From positions 85,436 through 149,435 of the forward strand of contig JBMNRW010000001.1 in the NCBI GenBank assembly GCA_050944875.1: a stretch of DNA of 64,000 nucleotides, written 5' to 3'. Positions 1-8,761 of the stretch are shown here, one piece after another; positions within the stretch are counted from its first letter, which is position 1; every line of letters begins with the position of its first letter. The stretch comes from Patescibacteria group bacterium. GTDB taxonomy: Bacteria; Patescibacteriota; UBA1384; JACPKC01. A program made the position numbers and the translations under genes. Below the pieces are notes generated by a model. That model searched no databases. It saw only the letters and a program-made list of their open reading frames with translations, and had not been told where the DNA came from.

Positions 1-134
1 ATAAGACGTTCGTCGTCGGCGTGTACTTCGGCGAACGCCTCCTCGCCAAGGGTACTGGCTCATCGAAGCAGCGAGCCGAGCAGGCAGCCGCGAGCGAAGC
101 GCTGAAGACCTGGGCGAATCCCTCAGCGAACTAG
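1..134 (+). CDS. rnc: ribonuclease III, C-terminal dsRBD fragment (5' end outside window)
   Basis: In-frame translation ...VGVYFGERLLAKGTGSSKQRAEQAAASEALKTWANPSAN*, matching the RNase III dsRBM signature (GxGxSKKxAxQxAA); TAG stop at 132-134. Confidence 0.7.
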   Translation, partial: KTFVVGVYFGERLLAKGTGSSKQRAEQAAASEALKTWANPSAN

Positions 135-154
135 ACTAGGACTTCTGCATAGAC

Positions 155-186
155 AAACGCCGCTACCGATTTGTAGCGGCGTTTGC
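155..186. terminator. bidirectional hairpin terminator between convergent rnc and PaaX-like gene
   Basis: AAACGCCGCTAC-CGATT-TGTAGCGGCGTTT perfect inverted repeat flanked by A/T runs. Confidence 0.5.
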
Positions 187-187
187 G

Positions 188-922
188 TTATTTCGCGTAG
201 CAGAAGGGCCGGAGTGATTCGTAGCGCCTATGAGCCAACTGCCTTGGGTAGTCCCGCGGCTCGAGCTCATATGGGAACTTTGGATCTTGCGAGAGTAGTT
301 TTGCGTACCGGTACACCAAAAGTCGGGCACGCAGTGAATTGTCGTGTGCGCGCTTGTCGTTTAGGTACTGGTCCGCTAGTTCAATGAATTGGTCGTACGC
401 TCGGGCAGGCGCTTTCCATTCCCACTCAAATGACCGAGCAAGCTCGCGAGCATCAGCGTTCGATAGCTGGGGCCGAAGTACGGTGACACGCTCGCGAATA
501 TGGCGTGAGTTTAGTACGTCTTCGAGCTCGAACTCAACGTCCCGGGCGGTCGCCCAGAGGCTGTTCTGTACACGCCCAAATCCTGCTTGGTTTAATCTGT
601 TGCGTAGGATATCCCGATACTTCCGTTGTCGCTCTGCGATATTGAATACCACGACGAGCCAAGTGCCCTCATGCGGTTCGACGCTGAGCTTCAGGTGTGA
701 GAGTGTTCGCGTCACCTTAGCTTGGCCATCTTGGGTGATCTGGTACCTTGTTTCCCCTGCCTTGCGGTCCCGGTTGGTTTTTACCCAGCCACGGCCAATG
801 AGACGGCCAAGTGTCGAGGATAACGTCTGCTTCGTCCGTCCCTCGAGCGCTGCTGTGCAGTCGTCAATCGCTCGTTCATCTTCATCATCAAGGAGCACCA
901 ACAATTCGTCGATGACCGTCAT
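188..922 (-). CDS. PaaX-family transcriptional regulator (N-terminal wHTH plus PaaX_C-like domain)
   Basis: Central WLVVVFNIAERQRKYRDILRNRLNQAGFGRVQNSLWA resembles the PaaX core; N-terminal winged helix; 244 aa. Confidence 0.5.
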   Translation of the reverse strand: MTVIDELLVLLDDEDERAIDDCTAALEGRTKQTLSSTLGRLIGRGWVKTNRDRKAGETRYQITQDGQAKVTRTLSHLKLSVEPHEGTWLVVVFNIAERQRKYRDILRNRLNQAGFGRVQNSLWATARDVEFELEDVLNSRHIRERVTVLRPQLSNADARELARSFEWEWKAPARAYDQFIELADQYLNDKRAHDNSLRARLLVYRYAKLLSQDPKFPYELEPRDYPRQLAHRRYESLRPFCYAK

Positions 923-1003
923 ACGTAATCCCCTACCTTAGATCGGCTACTCTTAACTGTAGCCTATCGACTTACGTCCGAACGTGTCAAATGTGGATGA
1001 GTA

Positions 1004-1960
1004 CTACTTCCAGGAAAACGAGTCGAATGCCCAGGTCAGGAGTTTGCGGCTTTCCTTCGCACTCGCCTCAACGGTCTGCTCGGTCGTGCCGAGTACAACA
1101 CTTACGACCGTATGACCATTCTTGACTGCGCTCGAAACCAAGCAATGGCCGGCGGCTGGGGTAAAGCCGGTCTTGAGACCGGTCGCATACTGGAAATATA
1201 ACGGGTGATCGACCTTCAATAAGCGGTTTGATGTTTCGAGTTCATGGACTTGCGACCCGTCGACCGCCGTGATGGTGACCCGCTCAAGTGCGACGATTTC
1301 CTGGACTTTTTCGTACCGGAGGGCGTACGCCGCCAACACCGCAAGGTCTCTGGCTGTTGAGTGGCCTTCGTCATCGAGTCCGGCTGGGTCGAGAAAGCGC
1401 GTGTTGGTTATACCAAGCTCGCTCGCCGTCTCGTTCATCCAGGTGACGAACTGGTCGCGTCCCCGGTGTTCCGCGAGCGCGAGCGCGGCGTCGTTTCCAG
1501 ATTTGATCAGCAATCCCTTGAGCAGGCTTTCGACGGTAATCTTCTCGCCAGTAACAAGGTTGATGTCGGAGCCAATTTGACTGGCCGCTGCCTGGCTCAC
1601 GGTCACGACCTCATCGAGCGCGTAGTGATCCAGGACGACTATGGCAGTCATGAGCTTGGTCGTCGAAGCGATCGGCACCACCTCCGTCTCGTTCTTCTCG
1701 TAGAGCGGGTACCCGCTCTCAACGTCGTAGACCGCCATCGCCCGCGCCGAAGCTGTGGGCAGCTTCATTGAATTTGTTGTCGGCGGCTGCGTGAATGCAG
1801 GGCTCGTAACGTTAAGTGCTGTTCGTCGGGCAGCGAGCTCTACGGGCCGTTCATCCGTCGCACGACCCCAGAGAAGACTGCCGACGCGCCATGCGCTCGT
1901 TACGGCAACGCCCACTACAAGTATGCCAAGGAGAATGCGTTCCCTCCTACGTAGCACCAT
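1004..1960 (-). CDS. D-alanyl-D-alanine carboxypeptidase (peptidase S11, PBP5/6-like)
   Basis: SxxK (ASTTK), SGN (KSGNDAA) and KTG (LKTGFTPAAG) motifs; N-terminal TM; start overlaps aspS stop (TAATG). Confidence 0.85.
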   Translation of the reverse strand: MVLRRRERILLGILVVGVAVTSAWRVGSLLWGRATDERPVELAARRTALNVTSPAFTQPPTTNSMKLPTASARAMAVYDVESGYPLYEKNETEVVPIASTTKLMTAIVVLDHYALDEVVTVSQAAASQIGSDINLVTGEKITVESLLKGLLIKSGNDAALALAEHRGRDQFVTWMNETASELGITNTRFLDPAGLDDEGHSTARDLAVLAAYALRYEKVQEIVALERVTITAVDGSQVHELETSNRLLKVDHPLYFQYATGLKTGFTPAAGHCLVSSAVKNGHTVVSVVLGTTEQTVEASAKESRKLLTWAFDSFSWK

Positions 1961-3348
1961 TACCCCTGCTTTGCCTCTCGTAGGCCAATATGCACATCGC
2001 GGAGTGATTTCTCTGAGAGTGGAGTGGGTGCGCCAGTTAGTGGTTCTCGAGCATCACCGGTCTTCGGGAATGCCATTACCTCGCGAATATTGGGTTCCCC
2101 GGCCAGGATCATGCACAATCGGTCGATACCAGGTGCCATACCGGCATGCGGCGGTGCGCCAAATTGAAATGCCTTAAGGAAGTGACCGAAGCGACGCTCG
2201 ATTTCGTCCTCGGGAATGCCGAGTAAATTGAATACCTTCCGCTGGAGTGCCTGATCATGTATGCGTACGCTCCCTGAAGCGAGTTCGAATCCGTTGCAGA
2301 CAAAATCATATGACCACGCGCGTACTTGTAGTGGATCTGATTCGAGTAAGTGCAGGTCATCTGGGTGTGGCATGCAGAACGGGTGGTGTGCGGCTGTGAG
2401 ATTCCCCTCAGAATCTTTTTCAAAAAGCGGAAAATCGACGACGTATGCGAACGCAATTTCGTTCGGATCGTTCTTGTCGCGTCGCAGATCAGGCTTATCG
2501 GTCCCGTACTTCTCCATTGCTTCAGCGTAGGTGAGTCGTGGCCACGGCGTACTCGTCAGTGTTTTTTCGGGGAATTCTTCCCTGACGAGCGATGTCATTA
2601 GGCTTTCAACCAAATTCAGCACTTCATCTTGACCCACAAAGCTCATCTCCAGATCCAGTTGAGTGTGTTCTGGCTGCCTGTCGCCCCGTTGATCCTCGTC
2701 ACGGAACGCACGAGCAATTTGGTAGTACCGATCGACGCCTGAGATCATGAGGAGTTGCTTGTACTGCTGTGGGGACTGTGGCAGTACATAAAATGCTCCT
2801 TCGTGAAGTCGTGACGGAACAATGAATTCACGAGCACCCTCGGGTGTGCCCTTGGTGAGGCAGGGTGTCTCGATCTCCACAAATTCTTGCTCGTTTAAGT
2901 ACGAACGGAGAAAGCTTACAACCCTGTGTCGCAGAAGTAGGTTTCTTGTCATTCGTTCCGACCGTAAATCGAGGTAGCGATATTCAAGGCGCAACTCTTC
3001 ATCTACCGGCGATGTATCCTTATCAAGTTCGAATGGCGGTGTGACTGCCTCGTTGAGTACTTCTATTGATTCGGCCTGTAATTCTACCGTTCCGCTGACG
3101 ATGTTCGGATTGACGAGCTTCTCGGGGCGCTTGGCGACGGTGCCGGTGATCGTGACGACGAACTCAGGGCGGATGTGTTTAACTGACTCAGCGAGCTCGC
3201 CAGCGATGACCACCTGCAACAGTCCCCAGCGGTCCCTTAGGTCGAAGAACGTGATCTTGCCGTGGTCACGACGCGTGTGGACCCAGCCGGCGACAGTGAT
3301 GCGTTCGCCGACTTTCTTCGGTGTCTCATGGGTACGGGTGCGTTGCAT
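1960..3348 (-). CDS. aspS: aspartate--tRNA ligase, short form lacking the GAD insertion domain
   Basis: Class II motif 2 FRDEDQRGDRQPEHTQLDLEMSF and C-terminal GIDRLCMILAGEPNIREVMAFPKT; only 462 aa. Confidence 0.85.
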   Translation of the reverse strand: MQRTRTHETPKKVGERITVAGWVHTRRDHGKITFFDLRDRWGLLQVVIAGELAESVKHIRPEFVVTITGTVAKRPEKLVNPNIVSGTVELQAESIEVLNEAVTPPFELDKDTSPVDEELRLEYRYLDLRSERMTRNLLLRHRVVSFLRSYLNEQEFVEIETPCLTKGTPEGAREFIVPSRLHEGAFYVLPQSPQQYKQLLMISGVDRYYQIARAFRDEDQRGDRQPEHTQLDLEMSFVGQDEVLNLVESLMTSLVREEFPEKTLTSTPWPRLTYAEAMEKYGTDKPDLRRDKNDPNEIAFAYVVDFPLFEKDSEGNLTAAHHPFCMPHPDDLHLLESDPLQVRAWSYDFVCNGFELASGSVRIHDQALQRKVFNLLGIPEDEIERRFGHFLKAFQFGAPPHAGMAPGIDRLCMILAGEPNIREVMAFPKTGDAREPLTGAPTPLSEKSLRDVHIGLREAKQG

Positions 3349-3356
3349 GGTAGCTC

Positions 3357-5324
3357 CTAGCGGATTTCTGCGCCGAACGATGCTGCGAGCGCCCGTTCGA
3401 GGCCTGTATGTACGTCGTTGATGTCGGTTTCGGTTAGGGTTCGTTCCGGGTGTGAGTAGTACACGTGGTACGCGATGCTCTTGCGGTCAGGGCCGAGCTT
3501 GTCGGAGCTGAACTCATCAAACAGCTCGACGAGTTCGATAGATTCGTGGAACCCTGCGATGAAGGTCCGCACTGCGGCCGCGTCCGTGGTCCGTGGTACG
3601 AGAAACGCGATATCGCGGGTAACTGGCGGGTACTTCGAGAGTGGTCGGTACGATTGAACGATGGACGGAATGAAGGGATTTGTAGGGATTCGACGGGCGG
3701 CAGTAAGTGCCGTGAGCGGGAGCTCAATGAGCGTGACGCGTTTCCGTCTGATCTTGTACTGCTGAAGGAGTTCGGCTGTGAGCTCGATGACGCTCGCCTG
3801 TGCTGTGAGTGCGCCGGAATCGAGGCCAATCCGGTCGGCGAACTGCGCAAGCCAGGCTTGGGCAGGCAGCGTGTTCCCGGCAAGGGCGATTGCGAGGTTT
3901 GTCGTTTCGCCGGCTGGCGTGAAGACGTGACCAATCTCGAATACCTGGACCGGGTCGAAGGCGCTGTTCGCCGCAATGACGCGCGTCAGGCCGGGGAGGA
4001 GTGAGGGGCGAAGGAAACGCAACGTCGGGTTGAGCGGGTTTGCAAGCTCACCGGTCACGGGCAGCCCAAATCGGCCAAGGTCAGACTGGCCAATGAAGCT
4101 GTACGTCTGTACCTCGGACAGTCCGAGCTCCACGAGGCGGTCTTTAATCCCCTCTGCCCATTCGTACTCCGAGCGGGGCTGGCTACCTTCCCATGTCCGG
4201 AGCCGTTTTGTTGGCACTGTATCGTTGAGACCGGCGAAGCGAGCAATCTCTTCGGCAACGTCTTGCCAGTAGGCGAGGTCGAACCGCCAGGACGGGGCAA
4301 TAACCTCGTAGGTATGCTTCGACACTGGCGTGACGGCGCAGCCGAGCGCCGCTAGGTGCGCACGCTGCGTATCGGCAGCTGTTGCGAAGCCGAGGAGGCG
4401 GTCAACCCGCTGGGCGTCGACAGGGAGTGGACTCTTTGGCGATGGCTTGGCACCTATGAGTAGTGCTCCGACAGCTTTCGCTCTGCCGAACGGTTTGGAG
4501 CCGAGAAGCGCGATCGCCTCCTCGAGGACTGCATAGGAGATGGTCGCGTCGACGCCGCGCTCGTACCGCGCTGAGGCGGGTGTGCGGTGGTTCAATGTGT
4601 TTGCCCCACGACGAATGCGCCCGGTGTCGAAGATTGCGGACTGCAGGAGGACGCGTGACGTCGTCAGCCGGACTTCTGAGTTTGCGCCGCCCTGGATGCC
4701 GGCCAGGTCAACGAGACCTTCCCGATCGGCGATGACGAGCGCGCCATCCGGCAACGTGTGCTCCGTGCCGTCGAGCGTGGTAAGGCTCTCGCCGGCACGC
4801 GATTCCCGAGCCGTCAGCGTCTCGCCAAGGAGGGCGTCGGCATCGAACGCGTGGAGCGGCTGTCCGTAAAGCTCCATGAGGTAATTCGTGACGTCGACGA
4901 TGTTCGAGATCGGTCGAATGCCGAGTAAGGTGAGTTCGCGCTGCAACCACTCCGGGCTCGGGCCAACGGAAACGTTTTCCAGGAGGACAAGGTGGTACTG
5001 CGTAACGAGTTCGGGCGGTTCGATCGCGAGCGCAGGAGTAGTGAGTGCAGGGAGCGCTTCGAGCGTGCCGGCAGCAGTGAGGTGCAAGGGCGCTGGCCGA
5101 CGGGCATGGGTACGCGTCCGGTACGCGACGAGCTCCCGGGCAAGGCCGAGGTGGCTCATGGCGTCGCCGCGGTTCGGGGTGATGCTGACGTCGAGCACGG
5201 GTGTCTCGCCGGGCAGTAGCTCAGTTTCGAAACCGAGGAGCGTCAGCGTCTCTGCGAGCAGGGCCGGGTCAACGTCGGCGAGCGACGGCGCGAGCTTGGT
5301 GAGGAGTGATGGGAGTACTCTCAT
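3357..5324 (-). CDS. pheT: phenylalanine--tRNA ligase beta subunit (no N-terminal tRNA-binding domain)
   Basis: LDVSITPNRGDAMSHLGLARE (B3/B4 region) and C-terminal FDX-ACB domain; 655 aa vs ~800 typical. Confidence 0.85.
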   Translation of the reverse strand: MRVLPSLLTKLAPSLADVDPALLAETLTLLGFETELLPGETPVLDVSITPNRGDAMSHLGLARELVAYRTRTHARRPAPLHLTAAGTLEALPALTTPALAIEPPELVTQYHLVLLENVSVGPSPEWLQRELTLLGIRPISNIVDVTNYLMELYGQPLHAFDADALLGETLTARESRAGESLTTLDGTEHTLPDGALVIADREGLVDLAGIQGGANSEVRLTTSRVLLQSAIFDTGRIRRGANTLNHRTPASARYERGVDATISYAVLEEAIALLGSKPFGRAKAVGALLIGAKPSPKSPLPVDAQRVDRLLGFATAADTQRAHLAALGCAVTPVSKHTYEVIAPSWRFDLAYWQDVAEEIARFAGLNDTVPTKRLRTWEGSQPRSEYEWAEGIKDRLVELGLSEVQTYSFIGQSDLGRFGLPVTGELANPLNPTLRFLRPSLLPGLTRVIAANSAFDPVQVFEIGHVFTPAGETTNLAIALAGNTLPAQAWLAQFADRIGLDSGALTAQASVIELTAELLQQYKIRRKRVTLIELPLTALTAARRIPTNPFIPSIVQSYRPLSKYPPVTRDIAFLVPRTTDAAAVRTFIAGFHESIELVELFDEFSSDKLGPDRKSIAYHVYYSHPERTLTETDINDVHTGLERALAASFGAEIR

Positions 5325-6013
5325 TGCTGCACCTCGAACTGCTTGAGGAACCGAAGGTTGCCGCTGTAGAAGTGACGGATATCGTCGATGCCGTGGCCGA
5401 GCATGACGAGGCGTTCGACGCCCATGCCAAAGGCAAAGCCCTGGTACCGCTCCGGGTCGACCCCCATCTTCTCGAGTACCTCAGGGTGAATCATGCCGGC
5501 GCCAAGAATTTCGAGCCAGGCGTCGCCTCGCCGCATGAAGACCTCGAGCCCAGGTTCGACGAACGGGAAGTAGCCAGGCACGAAGCGGACTTCAGTATCG
5601 GCGCCGTACATTGTCTGGAGGAAGCGCGTCAGGGTGTCTTTGAGGTGCGCGAGGCTCGTCGACTCGTCGATGACGAACCCCTCAAGTTGGTGGAACGTCG
5701 TCTCGTGCGTCGCATCGGTGGCTTCGTTGCGGAAGACGCGGCCGGGGACGAGGAAACGCACCGGCGGAGTCTGCCCCTGCATGCCGGGAACTTGGTGGGC
5801 AGAGGTCTGCGTCCGAGGTAGGCGTCCATCCTTGAGCCAGAATGTGTCCTGCATGCGGCGAGCTGGGTGGTCGGCGGCAACGCGCAGGTCATCAAAGTTG
5901 TGCTGCTCGGACACGATTTCGGGGCTGTCGAGAACTGTGAACCCCATACCTTTGAACACCGTAATTGCCCGCCTGAGGTACTGCGTGATCGGATGGAGGC
6001 TGCCGGCTGTCAT
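5321..6013 (-). CDS. pheS: phenylalanine--tRNA ligase alpha subunit, catalytic core only
   Basis: FRNEATDATHETTFHQLEGFVIDE motif 2. ORF runs to 6148, but the ATG at 6011-6013 overlaps the upstream gene's TGA (ATGA) and matches the start of the catalytic domain (MTAGSLHPITQYL...). The upstream 45 codons are Arg-rich and unlike a coiled coil. Confidence 0.75.
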   Translation of the reverse strand: MTAGSLHPITQYLRRAITVFKGMGFTVLDSPEIVSEQHNFDDLRVAADHPARRMQDTFWLKDGRLPRTQTSAHQVPGMQGQTPPVRFLVPGRVFRNEATDATHETTFHQLEGFVIDESTSLAHLKDTLTRFLQTMYGADTEVRFVPGYFPFVEPGLEVFMRRGDAWLEILGAGMIHPEVLEKMGVDPERYQGFAFGMGVERLVMLGHGIDDIRHFYSGNLRFLKQFEVQQ

Positions 6014-6399
6014 GCGTGGACCTCTCGTCGTTTGAACGATAGCGCGAGCTCGGCGAAGACGAGTGCGGTGCCGAGGAAGGCGATTTCCACCCAAGACGTG
6101 CTGCCAACCGCCCACAGTCCCGTTGCGCCGACCACGAAGATTGCACACTCGATTCCCTGTCGGAGCGCTGCCCGGGTCGCGTCGGCGAGTCGCTCTGGTC
6201 GCTGTCGAACCCGACGGACTTCAAGCCCGAGGAACGTCGCAAAAGAGGCGAGTGCGAGCGCGAGGCCGGCGCCCAAGGCAAGGTAACTCATCGCGTCGGC
6301 TTCGGGCTGCGGGGTCGCAGTGATAACCCAGAGCACAAGGAATGCTCCGAGGAAGAGCCCGGACGCCGTCCAGCTGTAGACTCTACCGTGCGTCGTCAT
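6010..6399 (-). CDS. hypothetical small integral membrane protein (4 predicted TM helices)
   Basis: 129-aa ORF with four hydrophobic segments; stop overlaps pheS start (ATGA) and start overlaps rbfA stop, suggesting translational coupling in an rbfA-x-pheS-pheT operon. Confidence 0.5.
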   Translation of the reverse strand: MTTHGRVYSWTASGLFLGAFLVLWVITATPQPEADAMSYLALGAGLALALASFATFLGLEVRRVRQRPERLADATRAALRQGIECAIFVVGATGLWAVGSTSWVEIAFLGTALVFAELALSFKRREVHA

Positions 6400-6737
6400 T
6401 CCTGCTCCCGCAGATCTTCGAGGAGCTCCTCGACGCGCGTAATCTCAGCTTGCTCCGCGTCATTGCGGAAGGTCAGCCGGGGAATCGCTTTAAAGTTGAG
6501 TTCAGGCTTCAGCGTGTCCTGGAGACGCGGGGCGAGCTGCTGGAGGGCGGCGACGTGCTCGTCAGTCCGGTCGCTCGCAACCAGGTAGACGTCTGCCTGG
6601 CGAAGATCACGCGTCGTTCGTACGCGCGAGACAGTGACAAGGTCGTTCCCCACGTCGTACTCTTCGGCGATAAGCTCGCCAAGTCGCCGCTGTAAGTGCG
6701 CGTCGACGCGTTCCATGCGGTGTGATTCGTGCTGCAT
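6396..6737 (-). CDS. rbfA: ribosome-binding factor A
   Basis: DLVTVSRVRTTRDLRQADVYLVAS resembles the RbfA KH-like core; start chosen at MQHESH (ORF extends to 6767). Confidence 0.7.
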   Translation of the reverse strand: MQHESHRMERVDAHLQRRLGELIAEEYDVGNDLVTVSRVRTTRDLRQADVYLVASDRTDEHVAALQQLAPRLQDTLKPELNFKAIPRLTFRNDAEQAEITRVEELLEDLREQE

Positions 6738-6827
6738 GGAGGCATCGTAGCACACGGGAGAGGTCATTCCAACCTGTTATTCGCTCGTGTGGCTGCGTAA
6801 GAACGGCCGGTCTGCCATACTGAATCC

Positions 6828-7466
6828 ATGCATGTGACGTTTACGTACGATCCGAGCCGCGAAGTCGTACCGCTCCGCTTTGGTATGACGTACACGGCCG
6901 GCGGACAGAGGCAGTTGACCGCGTTCGAGCAGCGGATCCTGGCGGCGCGGGTTGATCCGGCAGATGTAGGAGCAGTCGCATCGCTCGCACGGGTTGTGCT
7001 CGACGAGCACGGGGTGGATGTTGGAGCGGTGACTAGGCGGTACGAAGCGGCTTGGCTCCCGCACGAGGCGGAGGTGCTCCGTCGTTTTCAGCGCATGTTT
7101 GCAAATGACTGGGATCCTGGGCAGGTTGCGGCATACCTGACCGTCAGCAAGCGGTGCCCATACAACGTGGCGAACCGCCTATTCTTCGTCTCGTTCCTCC
7201 GGACGACGTACGTCGCGAACTCTCTTCACGAACTCCAGCACTTCTTCGTCCATGAGCTCTACGAGAACGACTTCGCGGCGCGCGGCTTAGGGAGTGAATT
7301 TCCTCACTTTAAGGAATCCCTCACCGTGCTCCTGAACGAGGCGTTCGCCGACATTATGGAAGCGCCGGATGCCGGGTACGAGATGCACGCAGAACGGCGC
7401 CAGCGGATTCTCGAGCGGTGGCGCGCTGGTGAAACAATCCGAGCAATCGCTGCCTCGTGGCAGTAG
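6828..7466 (+). CDS. hypothetical protein with HExxH motif (possible zinc-metallopeptidase-like)
   Basis: 212-aa ORF on the opposite strand between two minus-strand operons; contains LHELQHFFVHELYE (HExxH...E); no family recognised. Confidence 0.4.
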   Translation: MHVTFTYDPSREVVPLRFGMTYTAGGQRQLTAFEQRILAARVDPADVGAVASLARVVLDEHGVDVGAVTRRYEAAWLPHEAEVLRRFQRMFANDWDPGQVAAYLTVSKRCPYNVANRLFFVSFLRTTYVANSLHELQHFFVHELYENDFAARGLGSEFPHFKESLTVLLNEAFADIMEAPDAGYEMHAERRQRILERWRAGETIRAIAASWQ

Positions 7467-7478
7467 TCCTCCCTGCGT

Positions 7479-7513
7479 AAAAAAAACGTACGGCACCGAA
7501 AGGTGTCGTACGT
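7479..7513. terminator. rho-independent terminator (T8 on minus strand after rpsI; A8 on plus)
   Basis: ACGTACGGCACC-GAAA-GGTGTCGTACGT hairpin immediately preceded on plus by AAAAAAAA; on minus the hairpin is followed by TTTTTTTT, closing the rplM-rpsI transcript. Confidence 0.7.
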
Positions 7514-7539
7514 TCTGTTGCGTGATGTCTAGTTGAAGG

Positions 7540-7923
7540 TTACCGCTTTGCCCACTGCGGTGCGCGGCGGGCGCGCTTGAGGCCCGGTTTCTTCCGCTCC
7601 TTCTCGCGCGGATCGCGGGTCAGGAGGCCAGCCTTCTTGAGCGCTGACTTGAAATCAGCTTGGTACGCGACGAGTGCGCGGGCAATGCCGTGGCGGACTG
7701 CTTCGAGCTGTCCGTTTACACCACCGCCGAGGACTTTCGCAGAAACGTCCACCTTGTCGGCGACGCCGGCAAGCGTGAGCGGTTGGCGGACCACCGGTTG
7801 CTCGGCAGCGATCTCTTTGCCGTTGATCGTCACTTTACCGGTGCCGGTTGTGAGTCGGACTCGGGCGACGGCGCGCTTTCGGCGGCCGACCGCGGCAACG
7901 TAGGATGTCTTTCGTTCTGCCAT
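7540..7923 (-). CDS. rpsI: 30S ribosomal protein S9
   Basis: Typical S9 with C-terminal RRAPQWAKR. Confidence 0.95.
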   Translation of the reverse strand: MAERKTSYVAAVGRRKRAVARVRLTTGTGKVTINGKEIAAEQPVVRQPLTLAGVADKVDVSAKVLGGGVNGQLEAVRHGIARALVAYQADFKSALKKAGLLTRDPREKERKKPGLKRARRAPQWAKR

Positions 7924-7925
7924 GG

Positions 7926-8312
7926 TTACTCCTCAGCTCCGGTCGCGTGGATCGTCAGGCGCTTCATGAGCTCTTTCCGGAGCCGGTTGTCCGGGAGCAT
8001 GCCGTAGACGGCTCGTCGGATGACCTCTGCCGGATCGCGTTCCATAAGGTGCTTCAGTGTCTCCGACTTCAAGTTTCCGAGGTAGCCGGTGTGCTTGTAG
8101 TACACCTTGTCATCGAGCTTGCGACCCGTGACGCGCACCTTGGAAGCATTGATGACGGTGACGAGGTCGCCCGTGATCTTGTGCGGTGCGAACGCAACTT
8201 TGTCTTTGCCGCGGAGTGCGACGGCGATCTCGGTGGCGAGACGGCCGAGCACCTTGCCCGACGCATCAAACGTCCGGGTTGCGCTCTCAGTTGGGAGGTA
8301 CGTCTTCGCCAT
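7926..8312 (-). CDS. rplM: 50S ribosomal protein L13
   Basis: MAKTYLPTESATRTF..., L13 family. Confidence 0.95.
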   Translation of the reverse strand: MAKTYLPTESATRTFDASGKVLGRLATEIAVALRGKDKVAFAPHKITGDLVTVINASKVRVTGRKLDDKVYYKHTGYLGNLKSETLKHLMERDPAEVIRRAVYGMLPDNRLRKELMKRLTIHATGAEE

Positions 8313-8315
8313 AGG

Positions 8316-8756
8316 TTACTCCGTTGCCTTCGCTGTCGTGTTCTTTGCGGCTGGCGTCGCGGTGTTCTTCGCTGCCTTCTCAGGCTTCGCGGCCCGGTCG
8401 ACGAGGAGTACTATTGCCTTAGGTGCCGCGTCACCGACGCGGTGGCCGGTCTTTAGGATGCGGGTGTAGCCACCTGGACGGGTAACTGCTCGCTTGGCGA
8501 GGTCGTCGACGAGTTTCGTCACAGTGTCGTCGTGTCCCACGATCGCGATAAGGCGTCGTCGCTCTGCGAGCGAGGCCATGCCTTCGGCTGAAGCAACGCG
8601 CTTCGCCATGGTGATCCACCGCTCGACGATCGACCGGACCTCCTTGGCCTTCGGGAGTGTGGTTTCGAGCTTCTCCGCACGCACGAGCAGGCGCCCCATG
8701 TTTGTGAGGAGGTGTTCGCGGTGCGCTTTCGTGCGTCCGAACTTCCGGGTCATCAT
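8316..8756 (-). CDS. rplQ: 50S ribosomal protein L17
   Basis: MMTRKFGRTKAHREHLLTNM... plus an Ala/Lys-rich C-terminal tail. Confidence 0.95.
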   Translation of the reverse strand: MMTRKFGRTKAHREHLLTNMGRLLVRAEKLETTLPKAKEVRSIVERWITMAKRVASAEGMASLAERRRLIAIVGHDDTVTKLVDDLAKRAVTRPGGYTRILKTGHRVGDAAPKAIVLLVDRAAKPEKAAKNTATPAAKNTTAKATE

Positions 8757-8761
8757 CTGCC

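Noticed and set aside
6013-6148. Long N-terminal extension of pheS (ORF start at 6148) and similar upstream extensions on map, rplX, rpsQ, rplW, rplF, rpoB, obg and uvrA
   Set aside because: The extensions are Arg-rich and non-conserved. They overlap the upstream gene, and conserved N-termini begin at internal Met codons placed exactly at stop/start junctions. These junctions are often ATGA or SD-preceded. The extra codons are treated as ORF-caller run-on.
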